Position numbers and translations under genes: made by a program
In this document: in pieces, positions 1 to 9,100 of the stretch
Numbering within the stretch: the first letter of the stretch is position 1
Layout of the letters: each line of letters begins with the position of its first letter
The notes under the pieces: model-generated
What the model was told of the DNA's origin: nothing
What the model saw: only the letters and a program-made list of their open reading frames with translations
Databases searched by the model: none
NCBI GenBank assembly: GCA_963715865.1
Contig: OY970280.1
Span: 1,760,001-1,824,000 of the forward strand
Length of the DNA: 64,000 nt
Reading direction: 5' to 3'
Source of the DNA: Candidatus Bathyarchaeota archaeon
GTDB taxonomy: Archaea > Thermoproteota > Bathyarchaeia > Bathyarchaeales > Bathycorpusculaceae

Positions 1-247
1 TTCGTTCGATTGCTGCTTCTGCAGAGGCTTCAATTACGCTTGTGGCAAAACCTGTAGTTAAACTTGCGGCGATTTGTGCCCACTTCTCGTTTTGAGCAGT
101 GATTAGAACTCTTCCTGCCCAAAGCCCGAACATTTCTGCAAAGGTATCTTGAACCTTCACGATGTTTCCGCTGGGTGATTTTACGAGGAACATTTTTTCT
201 TTATCGTCATAGCTTTGGATTTCAAGCGTGTTAGTATTTGATGACAT
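1..247 (-). CDS. ftr: Formylmethanofuran--tetrahydromethanopterin N-formyltransferase, 5' part only (runs off the left edge)
   Basis: Manual translation from ATG at 247: MSSNTNTLEIQSYDDKEKMFLVKSPSGNIVKVQDTFAEMFGLWAGRVLITAQNEKWAQIAASLTTGFATSVIEASAEAAIER. This matches the Ftr N-terminal pattern (DTFAE..., RVLITA...WA, TGF(G/A)TSVI...AEA). Confidence 0.85.
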   Translation of the reverse strand, partial: MSSNTNTLEIQSYDDKEKMFLVKSPSGNIVKVQDTFAEMFGLWAGRVLITAQNEKWAQIAASLTTGFATSVIEASAEAAIER

Positions 248-353
248 GAAAGGGACCTTGCAGTTCAGTTGGGAATTGTCTAATTTAAGAGTTTTCGTGA
301 ACGACGAAGGGTTTTCTCGTTTTCAAAGGCTAATTTGAAACTGACTCGTGTTT

Positions 354-1838
354 CTATACAGATACATTGGTGTTTTGAATTGATCTTTTTCTGCCCCTAA
401 AAACTACAGCTGCCATCACGACAATTACTGCGACCAGCACTATGATTACTATATACGGCCAGTCTTGAGCTATGACTTGGGTACCGGTGCCAGCAGGAGT
501 TTGGGGCGCTGTCGTTGGATTATGCGAAGTGGAAGGCGTTGGGGTTGGTGTTGATGATGGCGTTTGAACAGGTATTTCGGTAGGCGTTGCTGTAGGAGTT
601 GTTGTGTCTAAAACTGGCGGGTTTGTGGTAGGCATTGCTTGAGGGTTAGATGCAGTTAGGAAAGGAGAGAAGTTGACTTTGCCTAAGTTGAAGTCTTTGT
701 TGTAATCATAGATTGTCTGGCTGATTGTTTGTGAGTCGGCTGTTCCCCACCAGTTGTATGTGACGTTGACATCGTTGGGAGTGTTTTGTAAATAGATGTT
801 GTAGTTGGTGTTGTCTTGTATGTTGTTATTTACAATTTGATATTCTTGTGTGGAACCTACAAATTCTATGCCTACGCCATTTTTTGTTATGGTATTGTTT
901 TGAATGGTTGTGGGCGGTGCAGTTCCATAGGATTCTTGGGTGACTATGCTGTATCTTATGCCAACGCCGTTTTCGGTTATCTGGTTGTCTTGTATTAGTG
1001 GAATGTTGGCGACAAACCAGTCTCGAATAAGTACACTAATGTCGATACCAACGGTGCTGTTTGTGATAAGGTTATTTTCAATTTTTGGGAAGCCTCCACC
1101 ATAAACGTAAGGTGAACCCATAAAGATAGCATCGCCACTATAATCGCTGCCAGAACTTGCAAGTCCACCTGTAATGGTGTTATTTGAAACTAGGCAGTTG
1201 CCGTTAACATTAATCCCGCCTCTTATGAAGTTGTTTGAAGTGACGCCTGTACAGCCCACGTTCCCAGTGATGACATTGTTAAGAATTGTTGCGCTCGTAA
1301 CGCCGCCAACAATGGTATTGCTTGTAATTATTCCGCCGTTGACGTCGCCTTTTATGTTATTGTTTGAAACTATAGTGGAACTGCTAACGGTGAACCCAGT
1401 GTCAATAGTGTCCAAGTTTATTTTCACGGTATTGCTACTGGATAATACTGTTCCCGTAAGAATAGCGTTTTCTATTATGCACCCAGAGCCTGTTTGTTCA
1501 TTCCAACTAACGCTATTAGAATTAAATGTAATTGATCCCCCGTTGAAGCGTATCTGGTCGTCGCTGGTACCTCTTGCCGTCAAGGTGCCATTTACCATTA
1601 TGTAATAGCTGTTTAGGTTCACTGTGACTCCAGGCTCTATAGTTAAGGTAACTCCATTGTTGACCAAAACATTCCCGACAAGATTGTATGGACTATTTGC
1701 TTTAGTCCAAGTGGTATCTGAAGCGATTATGCTACTAACGTTTGTAGCCAAAGCAAGTTGTAAACCACCAACAAAAATCAATCCACTCACTGCCATTGCG
1801 ACCAACAGGACAGCTAAGAGTGCTCTTGCCAATTGCAA
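354..1838 (-). CDS. Secreted, membrane-anchored right-handed parallel beta-helix (NosD/CASH-like) surface protein
   Basis: N-terminal signal peptide, Asn/Ile/Gly-rich beta-helix repeats, an NxTYNWWG motif, a Pro/Thr linker, and a C-terminal TM helix with a basic tail. TTG start preceded by GAGGA. Confidence 0.75.
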   Translation of the reverse strand: MQLARALLAVLLVAMAVSGLIFVGGLQLALATNVSSIIASDTTWTKANSPYNLVGNVLVNNGVTLTIEPGVTVNLNSYYIMVNGTLTARGTSDDQIRFNGGSITFNSNSVSWNEQTGSGCIIENAILTGTVLSSSNTVKINLDTIDTGFTVSSSTIVSNNNIKGDVNGGIITSNTIVGGVTSATILNNVITGNVGCTGVTSNNFIRGGINVNGNCLVSNNTITGGLASSGSDYSGDAIFMGSPYVYGGGFPKIENNLITNSTVGIDISVLIRDWFVANIPLIQDNQITENGVGIRYSIVTQESYGTAPPTTIQNNTITKNGVGIEFVGSTQEYQIVNNNIQDNTNYNIYLQNTPNDVNVTYNWWGTADSQTISQTIYDYNKDFNLGKVNFSPFLTASNPQAMPTTNPPVLDTTTPTATPTEIPVQTPSSTPTPTPSTSHNPTTAPQTPAGTGTQVIAQDWPYIVIIVLVAVIVVMAAVVFRGRKRSIQNTNVSV

Positions 1839-1932
1839 TTCCTCAGTAGTCTCTCTCTTACTTGCACTTTTAAATTTGTGCTTTTTGGAAGCTGAGCTTG
1901 TAAAAAACGCATTAGCTTTGAAAGGTTGCTAG

Positions 1933-2655
1933 TTAATTCATTTTTGGCGATTGTCCTTGTACTTTGATTATTTGGGGGATTTTGCCTGCGGTGCCCACTT
2001 GACCTTTATAGATTATTAACACGCCTTCCACGCCTTCAACAGATAATCCTTTTCTGATTCCGGCTTTAATCGCGGCTTGGGCGTCTTCGCCTTTAACTAC
2101 ATTACCTACGGCTGTGGCTGCTGCATCGGCTAAGGCGGCGTTTTTGCAGAAAACTGTTGCTGCCTCCGCGTCACCAAAACTCAATGCGTGGCTAAATCGC
2201 CCTGAACTTGTGGCGACGCCGATTGGAAATTCTGCGAGCCGAAACCCGAACCGCTTCGATAAAGGCTCGTCTCCAGCAGCAACCGCCACATCAACAGGCG
2301 TGTTTGATACTGCTGAGATTTCTCCGCCGTCCTCCACAACAGCCACTTCACAGCCTTCACGAGTCATATCGCTTACCACTAGATCAGCTATGACGCCTGC
2401 TACGGCTGCCATGGGTCCAACACCTGCTTTTTCAGCAGCTTGAGCCATCAATTTAGCCACAAGAGGCTTTTCTGGCGCAGGGATTGGCTTTAGCGTGTAC
2501 AAGAACTTGGGGTTTGCTCTTATGTAAATTTCAAGTTCTCGCCTGTTGCGTTTAATTGATTCGATAGCGGTTTGGATGGCTTGCTGCTTATCAGAAATTA
2601 TAGTGCATTGCGTTTCTTTTAGGGTGAAGTTTTCTTTGAAAAGGTTCCTTGTCAA
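1933..2655 (-). CDS. UPF0280 / ApbE-superfamily protein (COG2122; MA1715-like sulfide assimilation factor)
   Basis: GVGPMAAVAG, DGGEI, ATSSGRFSHALSFGDAEA and ADAAATAVGN motifs; co-oriented with the DUF39 gene. Confidence 0.85.
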   Translation of the reverse strand: MTRNLFKENFTLKETQCTIISDKQQAIQTAIESIKRNRRELEIYIRANPKFLYTLKPIPAPEKPLVAKLMAQAAEKAGVGPMAAVAGVIADLVVSDMTREGCEVAVVEDGGEISAVSNTPVDVAVAAGDEPLSKRFGFRLAEFPIGVATSSGRFSHALSFGDAEAATVFCKNAALADAAATAVGNVVKGEDAQAAIKAGIRKGLSVEGVEGVLIIYKGQVGTAGKIPQIIKVQGQSPKMN

Positions 2656-2658
2656 CTT

Positions 2659-3087
2659 TTACTTTTTCCTGTTATTCGCTGACTCATTGTTAGGTTGCTT
2701 GACTGATTTTATGGCTCTGGCTGGGCACGCGTCAACGCAGATGCTGCAGGTGCTGCCAACGCATTTTTCCTTATCAAACTGGACTGATGAATCCTTATCG
2801 ATGCTTATGGCTTCAACAGGGCAAAGAGCCACACAGGAGCCACAGCTAAAACATTTTTCTGTGTCAACTTCGATTAGTTTTGGTACAGTAACTGTGACGC
2901 CTCTTTTTCGGAAGGCTTTTATTATTTTTTCCTGTGCCTCGTCTGGGACTTCAGCAAGTATTTCGCCGCCTTTAGAGTTTATGTGGGCTGCTAAAATGGC
3001 GATTGGCACTTTATATTCGAGAACTATTTGGGAAGTTATCGGTTGTGGTACTTGTTCTTCAGAGAACCTTAAGAGAACTCTTACCAT
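2659..3087 (-). CDS. NIL domain + 2x[4Fe-4S] ferredoxin (MA1822-like partner of the DUF39 enzyme)
   Basis: N-terminal NIL-like domain, then CFSCGSCVALCP and CxxxxCxxCxxxCP motifs. Confidence 0.85.
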   Translation of the reverse strand: MVRVLLRFSEEQVPQPITSQIVLEYKVPIAILAAHINSKGGEILAEVPDEAQEKIIKAFRKRGVTVTVPKLIEVDTEKCFSCGSCVALCPVEAISIDKDSSVQFDKEKCVGSTCSICVDACPARAIKSVKQPNNESANNRKK

Positions 3088-3090
3088 GTT

Positions 3091-4593
3091 TTACCGTCCT
3101 AACAGTTTAGACACATCTTCAGAGGTGACTATTCCCAGCACTTTCTTTTCAATATCAATCACAGGTAGTGCTGAAATGTTATGCTGCGCCATCCGTTTAG
3201 AAGCAACCTCCAGCGGCTCATCAGGTTTAGCAGTGATCACGTTACGTGATTCTATGTCTGCTAACGCTTTTTTGCCTTCAGCCATAGCCCGAGTGATATC
3301 CCACGAAGTAACTATTCCCCGCAACTTCCCAGCGCCATCAACCACGACTATGTGATTAACCGATTTGGTGACAATTCGCTCTGCAATGGCGCGTATTTCC
3401 TCATTCTCGGTGCATGTGACCGCTGGATGCATAACGCTGACGACGAACGGTATTTCCCCAGTCTGCCTCATAGGTTTAAACACGCTGTCACTTGGCAACC
3501 GCTCGATAGGCAAAGTTAAGAAAAACGTGCCTTCCTCAATCCAAGACTTCAGTGTCTTAGAAACTTTCTTAGCCATCTTTAGGCTAGACAGGGAACTAAC
3601 CCTGACTTTCTTATCATCGATCATTATCGAGCCAGACTTCAACTCTTTATAACTAACTTGCCGTAGCTTCGGGCGGTCTCTTCGCGGTACGCTGTAATCA
3701 ACCACATCGGTGAAAATTTCACTGTCACGAATCGCTGTCTTCTTAGCCAAGCCCTCATTCAAGATTGGAATAGGAACCCCTAAACCCACATAGAGCGATG
3801 TGCCATAACGCGTGAAAGTAGCGCCCTGCAAGAACTCAGGCGACATCTTCTTCGCGTCGCCCTTAACCATCAATGTGCCGTTCAAGTTTTTGGGGCTATG
3901 CTGCGTTCCCTCACCAATAACGTAGCCTTGCGCTCCGCCAAGGAAAATGCGAGTACCCATGCCAATCGTTTCGTAATCTGGGTCATTCATGAGCGGGTTT
4001 AATTCGCCTGCACCAGAAAACGTAGCGTTTCGCAGTCTAGGCAAAAGTTTGCTCATGTAAGTGTAAATGGTTTCCTCACTGCTGTTCACTGCGCAGTTGT
4101 AGCGTTGGTAGCAGTTGCGGAAATTAAGCAGGTAAAACTGGTTTAAATCGTCCTTTGTCAAAGTTGTTTTAAGCTGAGTTCTCGGGTAACAGTCAGTTCC
4201 ATAAGCTGTGGCACGGAGCTCAACCTCTTTTCCAGCTACAAGGTCTTGGATAACATGTCCGCCGCCATACTCGAAAGGCTGCTTCTCTGACATGTTGGTG
4301 GCACCAATAAACAAGTCAACAGCTGCACCTGGATGGCAAACTTCAACATCATTAATCCAAGCATGGTCAATCTTTATTGGCGGGTCAGAATGACCAAGAT
4401 TAATAACTGCACCTGAGGAACACATGGCTCCAAAAGTGCCTGTTGTAACCACATCAACCTCTTTAAACGCGACTTCAACGCCGCTGCTTTCAACTAGTTT
4501 TTTCATTTCCTCAGCGGCTAAAACTTGAACGTCGCCCTTGCGGATTTTCTCATTAATCTCTTCCACTGTACGAGTTTTACCCTGTTTGGACAA
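3091..4593 (-). CDS. DUF39-CBS homocysteine biosynthesis protein (L-aspartate-semialdehyde sulfurtransferase; MA1821/MJ0100-like)
   Basis: EVDVVTTGTFGAMCSSGA, GAGELNPLMNDP and GTRIFLGGA motifs, with a C-terminal CBS pair. Confidence 0.9.
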   Translation of the reverse strand: MSKQGKTRTVEEINEKIRKGDVQVLAAEEMKKLVESSGVEVAFKEVDVVTTGTFGAMCSSGAVINLGHSDPPIKIDHAWINDVEVCHPGAAVDLFIGATNMSEKQPFEYGGGHVIQDLVAGKEVELRATAYGTDCYPRTQLKTTLTKDDLNQFYLLNFRNCYQRYNCAVNSSEETIYTYMSKLLPRLRNATFSGAGELNPLMNDPDYETIGMGTRIFLGGAQGYVIGEGTQHSPKNLNGTLMVKGDAKKMSPEFLQGATFTRYGTSLYVGLGVPIPILNEGLAKKTAIRDSEIFTDVVDYSVPRRDRPKLRQVSYKELKSGSIMIDDKKVRVSSLSSLKMAKKVSKTLKSWIEEGTFFLTLPIERLPSDSVFKPMRQTGEIPFVVSVMHPAVTCTENEEIRAIAERIVTKSVNHIVVVDGAGKLRGIVTSWDITRAMAEGKKALADIESRNVITAKPDEPLEVASKRMAQHNISALPVIDIEKKVLGIVTSEDVSKLLGR

Positions 4594-4663
4594 TTAGCCT
4601 TACCTTAATGCCAATCGAAAAGGCATCGCACGTTAATATTTTTTGCGCAACTATTCAATCGGT

Positions 4664-7600
4664 TTACCAGAGTTTCCAGGGCAGGTCGTCCATGTACTCG
4701 TTGAGTGAGCGGATTGAATTGCCATTTTTACCTTTCTGCTTTAACACTTCCACCAACGCATCGGCTAACTGCAAGTTCGTTATCACTGGCACGTTAAATT
4801 CTACTGCTTGGCGTCGGATGATGTAGCCGTCGGTTAAAATTTCTGAGTAATTGGCCTGCTTGTTAGCCATGGGTACGTTAATTACTAAGTCTATTTTGCG
4901 TTCTTGCAGGTAATCGAGGATGTTTGGGTTAGCTTGAGCTTCCTTAACCTTGTAGAGCACTGTAGCGTTTACGCCGTTAGCATTAAGTACAGCAGCTGTA
5001 TGCGCGGTCGCGTAGATTTTAAAACCCATCTCAGCCAAAGCCTTAGCTATCGGCACAACTCGTTTTTTGCGTTCTTCATCGCCGCCAACACTTATGAATA
5101 CTGCACCATCTTTTGGTGGAATTTTGAATTCTGCAGACTGCAATGCCTTGGAAAAAGCGTCAGAGAAGTTTTCTCCTAAACACGCTACCTCACCAGTGCT
5201 GAGCATTTCTACTCCGAGAACAGGGTCAGCGCCGCTTAAGCGCATAAAGCTGAACTGCGGAACCTTAACTCCAACGTGAGGGGCAATGGTCATTGGTGAG
5301 AGTTTAACGCCATCGATTTTTTTGCCTAGCATCGCCAAAGTGGCTAGCTCAATGAGGTTTATTCCGCGTGTTTTGCTGACAAAAGGCATTGAACGCGATG
5401 CTCGCAGGTTGCATTCAATGACACTAACTACGTCGTCTTTAACGAGGTATTGGATGTTGTATGGTCCGTGAATTTTAAGCGCTTTGACTATGCTTAGTGT
5501 GTAGTCCTCAATTTTCTTCTGAACCTCAACCTTTAATGCTTGAGGGGGAATGGTCATGGTTGCGTCGCCGCTATGGACGCCAGCATTTTCCACGTGTTCC
5601 ATTATGGCGCCAATCAGCACGTTTTCTCCGTCAGAAACGCCATCAACCTCAACTTCTTTAGCGCGATTTATGAATTTGCTGATAACTACTGGGTGGTCGC
5701 GTGAAACCTTAGCTGCCAAGTTCAGAAAATTTTCCAGCGATGTTTCGTTGTAAGCTACACGCATCGCGGAGCCTGACAGCACGTAGCTTGGGCGAACGAT
5801 AACTGGGTAACCGATTTTTTCGGCAAACCGTTTGGCGTCGGCAATTGATAGTAGTTTGCTCCAGCTAGGCTGACCAATCCCAAGCTGGTCAAGAAGCGCG
5901 CTGAATTTTGAGCGGTCTTCAGCCAAATCGACGTTTTCGGCGGAAGTTCCTAGCAGTTTTACTCCTGCGTTGGATAGGTTCATGGCTAAATTGTTTGGAA
6001 TTTGACCGCCGACACTGGTGATGACGCCTAACGGGTTCTCTTTCTCATAAATATCCAAGATTCGTTCAGTTGTAAGTTCCTCAAAGTACAGTTTATCAGA
6101 AACATCGTAGTCCGTAGAGACTGTTTCAGGGTTATAGTTAACCATTATTGCTTCTTGAATACCGTTCTTCTTTAAAGCCCAAATCGTGTTGACGCCGCAC
6201 CAGTCAAACTCCACGCTTGAGCCTATTCTGAAGACACCCGCGCCTAACACGATAACTTTGCTTGTGTTACTTGTTAATTCAATGTCATCTTCGTCTCCAC
6301 CGTAAGTCAGATAGAGATAGTTTGTTTTTGCTGGCCATTCAGCTGCCAACGTATCAATCTGCTTAACTACTGGGACAATGTTTGCGTTTTTTCTAAACGT
6401 TCTAATTGTTGATTCATCAGTGCTTTGACATGTGGCGATTTGCTCATCAGAAAATCCTAAACGTTTAGCTTCACGAATAACTTCAGCTGCTGAGCTATGT
6501 CCAAGGTTTAGCTCCCGCAGTTCTGCTTCCATGTTAATAATATTTTGAATTTTGTACAGGAAGAATGGATCAACACCGCTTAAACGGTAGATTTCCATGA
6601 TGGGTATGCCCATTTTTAACGCTTTAACAATCGTGTAGAGCCTCTCGTCTGTCGGGTTCGCAAGCACATCACGTATTCTCTCTTCAGTCTCAGGCTCTGA
6701 ATCTTCTGGGTTGCAAACTAAGCCTATCTTGCCAGTGTCCAACATGCGCACGGCTTTTTGCAGTGCCTCTTCAAAGCAGCGACCAATAGCCATAACCTCA
6801 CCCACGGAACGCATCTGCGGACCAATGTGGCGATCAGCGTTCTTGAATTTCTGCAGGTCCCAGCGTGGAATTTTCACAGTTATGTAGTCTAAGGCTGGTT
6901 CAAAGCATGCTGTGGTGACTTCCGTTACTTTGTTTATTAGTTCTGGAAGCAAATAGCCCAGCGTCAGTTTTGTCGCTATGTAAGCTAAGGGGTAACCAGT
7001 TACTTTGCTTGCGAGTGCCGAGCTTCTGGACATGCGCGAGTTAACTTCGATTACACGGTACTCTTCTGATTTCGGATGCAGAGCCCATTGGATGTTGCAT
7101 TCGCCAACAATGCCTAAACTGCGTATTGCATTTATCGATGTTGAGCGGATAAGGTGGTATTCACGGTTTGATAGTGTTTGCGAGGGAGCTACAACTATAG
7201 AGTCTCCTGTGTGGACGCCCATGGGGTCGAAGTTTTCCATGTTGCAGACCGTAAGGCAGTTGTCTGCGTAGTCGCGCATAACTTCATATTCGACTTCTTT
7301 CCAGTGTCCAACGTACTCTTCAACAAGTATTTGGCTTATTCGACTTTGGACTAAACCACGGGTTGCTATTTCTTTAAGTTCCCAAGGGTTGCGGGCTACG
7401 CCTGCGCCTTTACCGCCAAGAGTATACGCAACCCTAATCATAACTGGATAACCAATCTCATCAGCCACTTCCAAGGCTTGTTTAACGGTTGTGGCTGATT
7501 TGCTTTTTAATGGCGGAACACCTGCTTTAAGCATTGCTTGCCGGAAACGTTCACGGTCGCCCGTGTCTTCTATCGCTTGGATGGGTGTGCCTAAAACTTT

Positions 7601-7945
7601 AACGTTGTATTTTTGCAGAACCCCTGTTTTTTCAAGTTCCAAACCGCAGTTTAAAGCGGTTTGTCCACCGAAGCCCAAAAGGATGCCGTCGGGCCGTTCT
7701 TTTGCGATAACTTTCTCAACGTACTCAGGCGTGACTGGAAGAAGATACACTTTTCCTGACAACCGCGGGTCAGTCTGAATAGTCGCAATGTTAGGATTAA
7801 CCAACACCGTTTCTATGCCCTCTTCCCGTAGAGCCTTGAGGCATTGGCTTCCCGAGTAGTCAAATTCGGCTGCTTCACCGATTTTTATGGCGCCACTTCC
7901 AAGAACCATCACTTTCTTTATCCAGTCAAACTTTGGCATACTCAT
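4664..7945 (-). CDS. carB: Carbamoyl-phosphate synthase large subunit
   Basis: GSGAIKIGEAAEFDYSG, two ATP-grasp halves and an MGS-like C-terminal domain; 1093 aa. Confidence 0.98.
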   Translation of the reverse strand: MSMPKFDWIKKVMVLGSGAIKIGEAAEFDYSGSQCLKALREEGIETVLVNPNIATIQTDPRLSGKVYLLPVTPEYVEKVIAKERPDGILLGFGGQTALNCGLELEKTGVLQKYNVKVLGTPIQAIEDTGDRERFRQAMLKAGVPPLKSKSATTVKQALEVADEIGYPVMIRVAYTLGGKGAGVARNPWELKEIATRGLVQSRISQILVEEYVGHWKEVEYEVMRDYADNCLTVCNMENFDPMGVHTGDSIVVAPSQTLSNREYHLIRSTSINAIRSLGIVGECNIQWALHPKSEEYRVIEVNSRMSRSSALASKVTGYPLAYIATKLTLGYLLPELINKVTEVTTACFEPALDYITVKIPRWDLQKFKNADRHIGPQMRSVGEVMAIGRCFEEALQKAVRMLDTGKIGLVCNPEDSEPETEERIRDVLANPTDERLYTIVKALKMGIPIMEIYRLSGVDPFFLYKIQNIINMEAELRELNLGHSSAAEVIREAKRLGFSDEQIATCQSTDESTIRTFRKNANIVPVVKQIDTLAAEWPAKTNYLYLTYGGDEDDIELTSNTSKVIVLGAGVFRIGSSVEFDWCGVNTIWALKKNGIQEAIMVNYNPETVSTDYDVSDKLYFEELTTERILDIYEKENPLGVITSVGGQIPNNLAMNLSNAGVKLLGTSAENVDLAEDRSKFSALLDQLGIGQPSWSKLLSIADAKRFAEKIGYPVIVRPSYVLSGSAMRVAYNETSLENFLNLAAKVSRDHPVVISKFINRAKEVEVDGVSDGENVLIGAIMEHVENAGVHSGDATMTIPPQALKVEVQKKIEDYTLSIVKALKIHGPYNIQYLVKDDVVSVIECNLRASRSMPFVSKTRGINLIELATLAMLGKKIDGVKLSPMTIAPHVGVKVPQFSFMRLSGADPVLGVEMLSTGEVACLGENFSDAFSKALQSAEFKIPPKDGAVFISVGGDEERKKRVVPIAKALAEMGFKIYATAHTAAVLNANGVNATVLYKVKEAQANPNILDYLQERKIDLVINVPMANKQANYSEILTDGYIIRRQAVEFNVPVITNLQLADALVEVLKQKGKNGNSIRSLNEYMDDLPWKLW

Positions 7946-9087
7946 TGAGCCTCCAACATTTTCGCAAACTTATCAAACAGCAATTCAGTGTCGTATGGTC
8001 CTGGCGAGGCTTCAGGATGCCATTGTACAGCAAAGACTGGCTTGTTCTTGTGTTTGATGCCTTCTGTTGTTTTGTCGTTGGCGTTAATGAACCAAGTTTC
8101 CAATGGGGTTTTCTTTAGGGATTCTATGTCTACAGCGTAACCGTGATTTTGGGTTGTAATGTAGCAGCGTCTGTTGTTTAGGTCGAGGGCTGGTTGGTTT
8201 TGGGATCGGTGACCAAACTTTAACTTATAAGTGTCTCCGCCCAACGCCAATGCCAGTATTTGAGCCCCAAGGCAAATGCCCATAAACGGAACCTTATCAA
8301 CAACTTCGCGAACGCACTCGATTGTTTTCACGCATTTCTTTGGGTCTCCTGGACCGTTGCTTAAGAAAACACCATCAGGATTGTGAGACATTATTTCGCT
8401 GGCTGAAGTATCATAGGGCACGCGTACAACGTTTATGCCTCGTTTAAGCAGGTTACGGATGATGCTGTATTTGACTCCACAGTCGATTAGGACAACGGTT
8501 TTTTTACCGTCCACGCTGTACCTAATTGGTTTTTTCACTGAAACTTCCTTAACCAAATCCGTTAAGTTAGGGTCAGCAATGTTTTTGCCGTTCTTTAAGA
8601 GAGCATCCAAGTCAGGTTCTTCGTTTGCGTCAAAAACCTGCAAAATCCCCAGCATGACACCGTGAGTTCTAAGTTTCTTTGTTAAGCGTCTTGTGTCGAC
8701 TCCGTATATTCCAGGAACGCCTTCGTCTAATAGCCACTTGTCTAGGGTTCTTGTTGACGCCCAATGATACGGTTCATGGCATAACTCGTGAATTACTAAT
8801 CCTTGTACTTGTATGTGGTCTGACTCGAAATAGAGCGGAAGACCAAGGTTCAATTCGTTCGATGGAACGCCGTAGTTGCCTACAAGCGGGTAAGTTAAGG
8901 TTAAAACTTGTCCTTTGTACGATGGATCAGTAAGCGCTTCTGGATAGCCAACCATTTGAGTTGAGAATACTACTTCGCCCGAGATTTTTCCTGTTGCTCC
9001 AAAACCGTTGCCGATAAATGACGTTCCGTCTTCAAGAAGCAGAATTGCTTTTTTATTTTTGTTGGACGTGCTATGTTGTGGGACCAA
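7942..9087 (-). CDS. carA: Carbamoyl-phosphate synthase small subunit
   Basis: GEVVFST, SNGPGDP, GICLG and QWHPEASPGP glutaminase motifs. Confidence 0.98.
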   Translation of the reverse strand: MVPQHSTSNKNKKAILLLEDGTSFIGNGFGATGKISGEVVFSTQMVGYPEALTDPSYKGQVLTLTYPLVGNYGVPSNELNLGLPLYFESDHIQVQGLVIHELCHEPYHWASTRTLDKWLLDEGVPGIYGVDTRRLTKKLRTHGVMLGILQVFDANEEPDLDALLKNGKNIADPNLTDLVKEVSVKKPIRYSVDGKKTVVLIDCGVKYSIIRNLLKRGINVVRVPYDTSASEIMSHNPDGVFLSNGPGDPKKCVKTIECVREVVDKVPFMGICLGAQILALALGGDTYKLKFGHRSQNQPALDLNNRRCYITTQNHGYAVDIESLKKTPLETWFINANDKTTEGIKHKNKPVFAVQWHPEASPGPYDTELLFDKFAKMLEAQ

Positions 9088-9100
9088 AGCCCTATACTAC

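Noticed and set aside
2546-3355. 269-aa plus-strand ORF and the many other antisense or shadow ORFs in the track
   Set aside because: They lie opposite or out of frame to well-supported genes and have no motifs or RBS.
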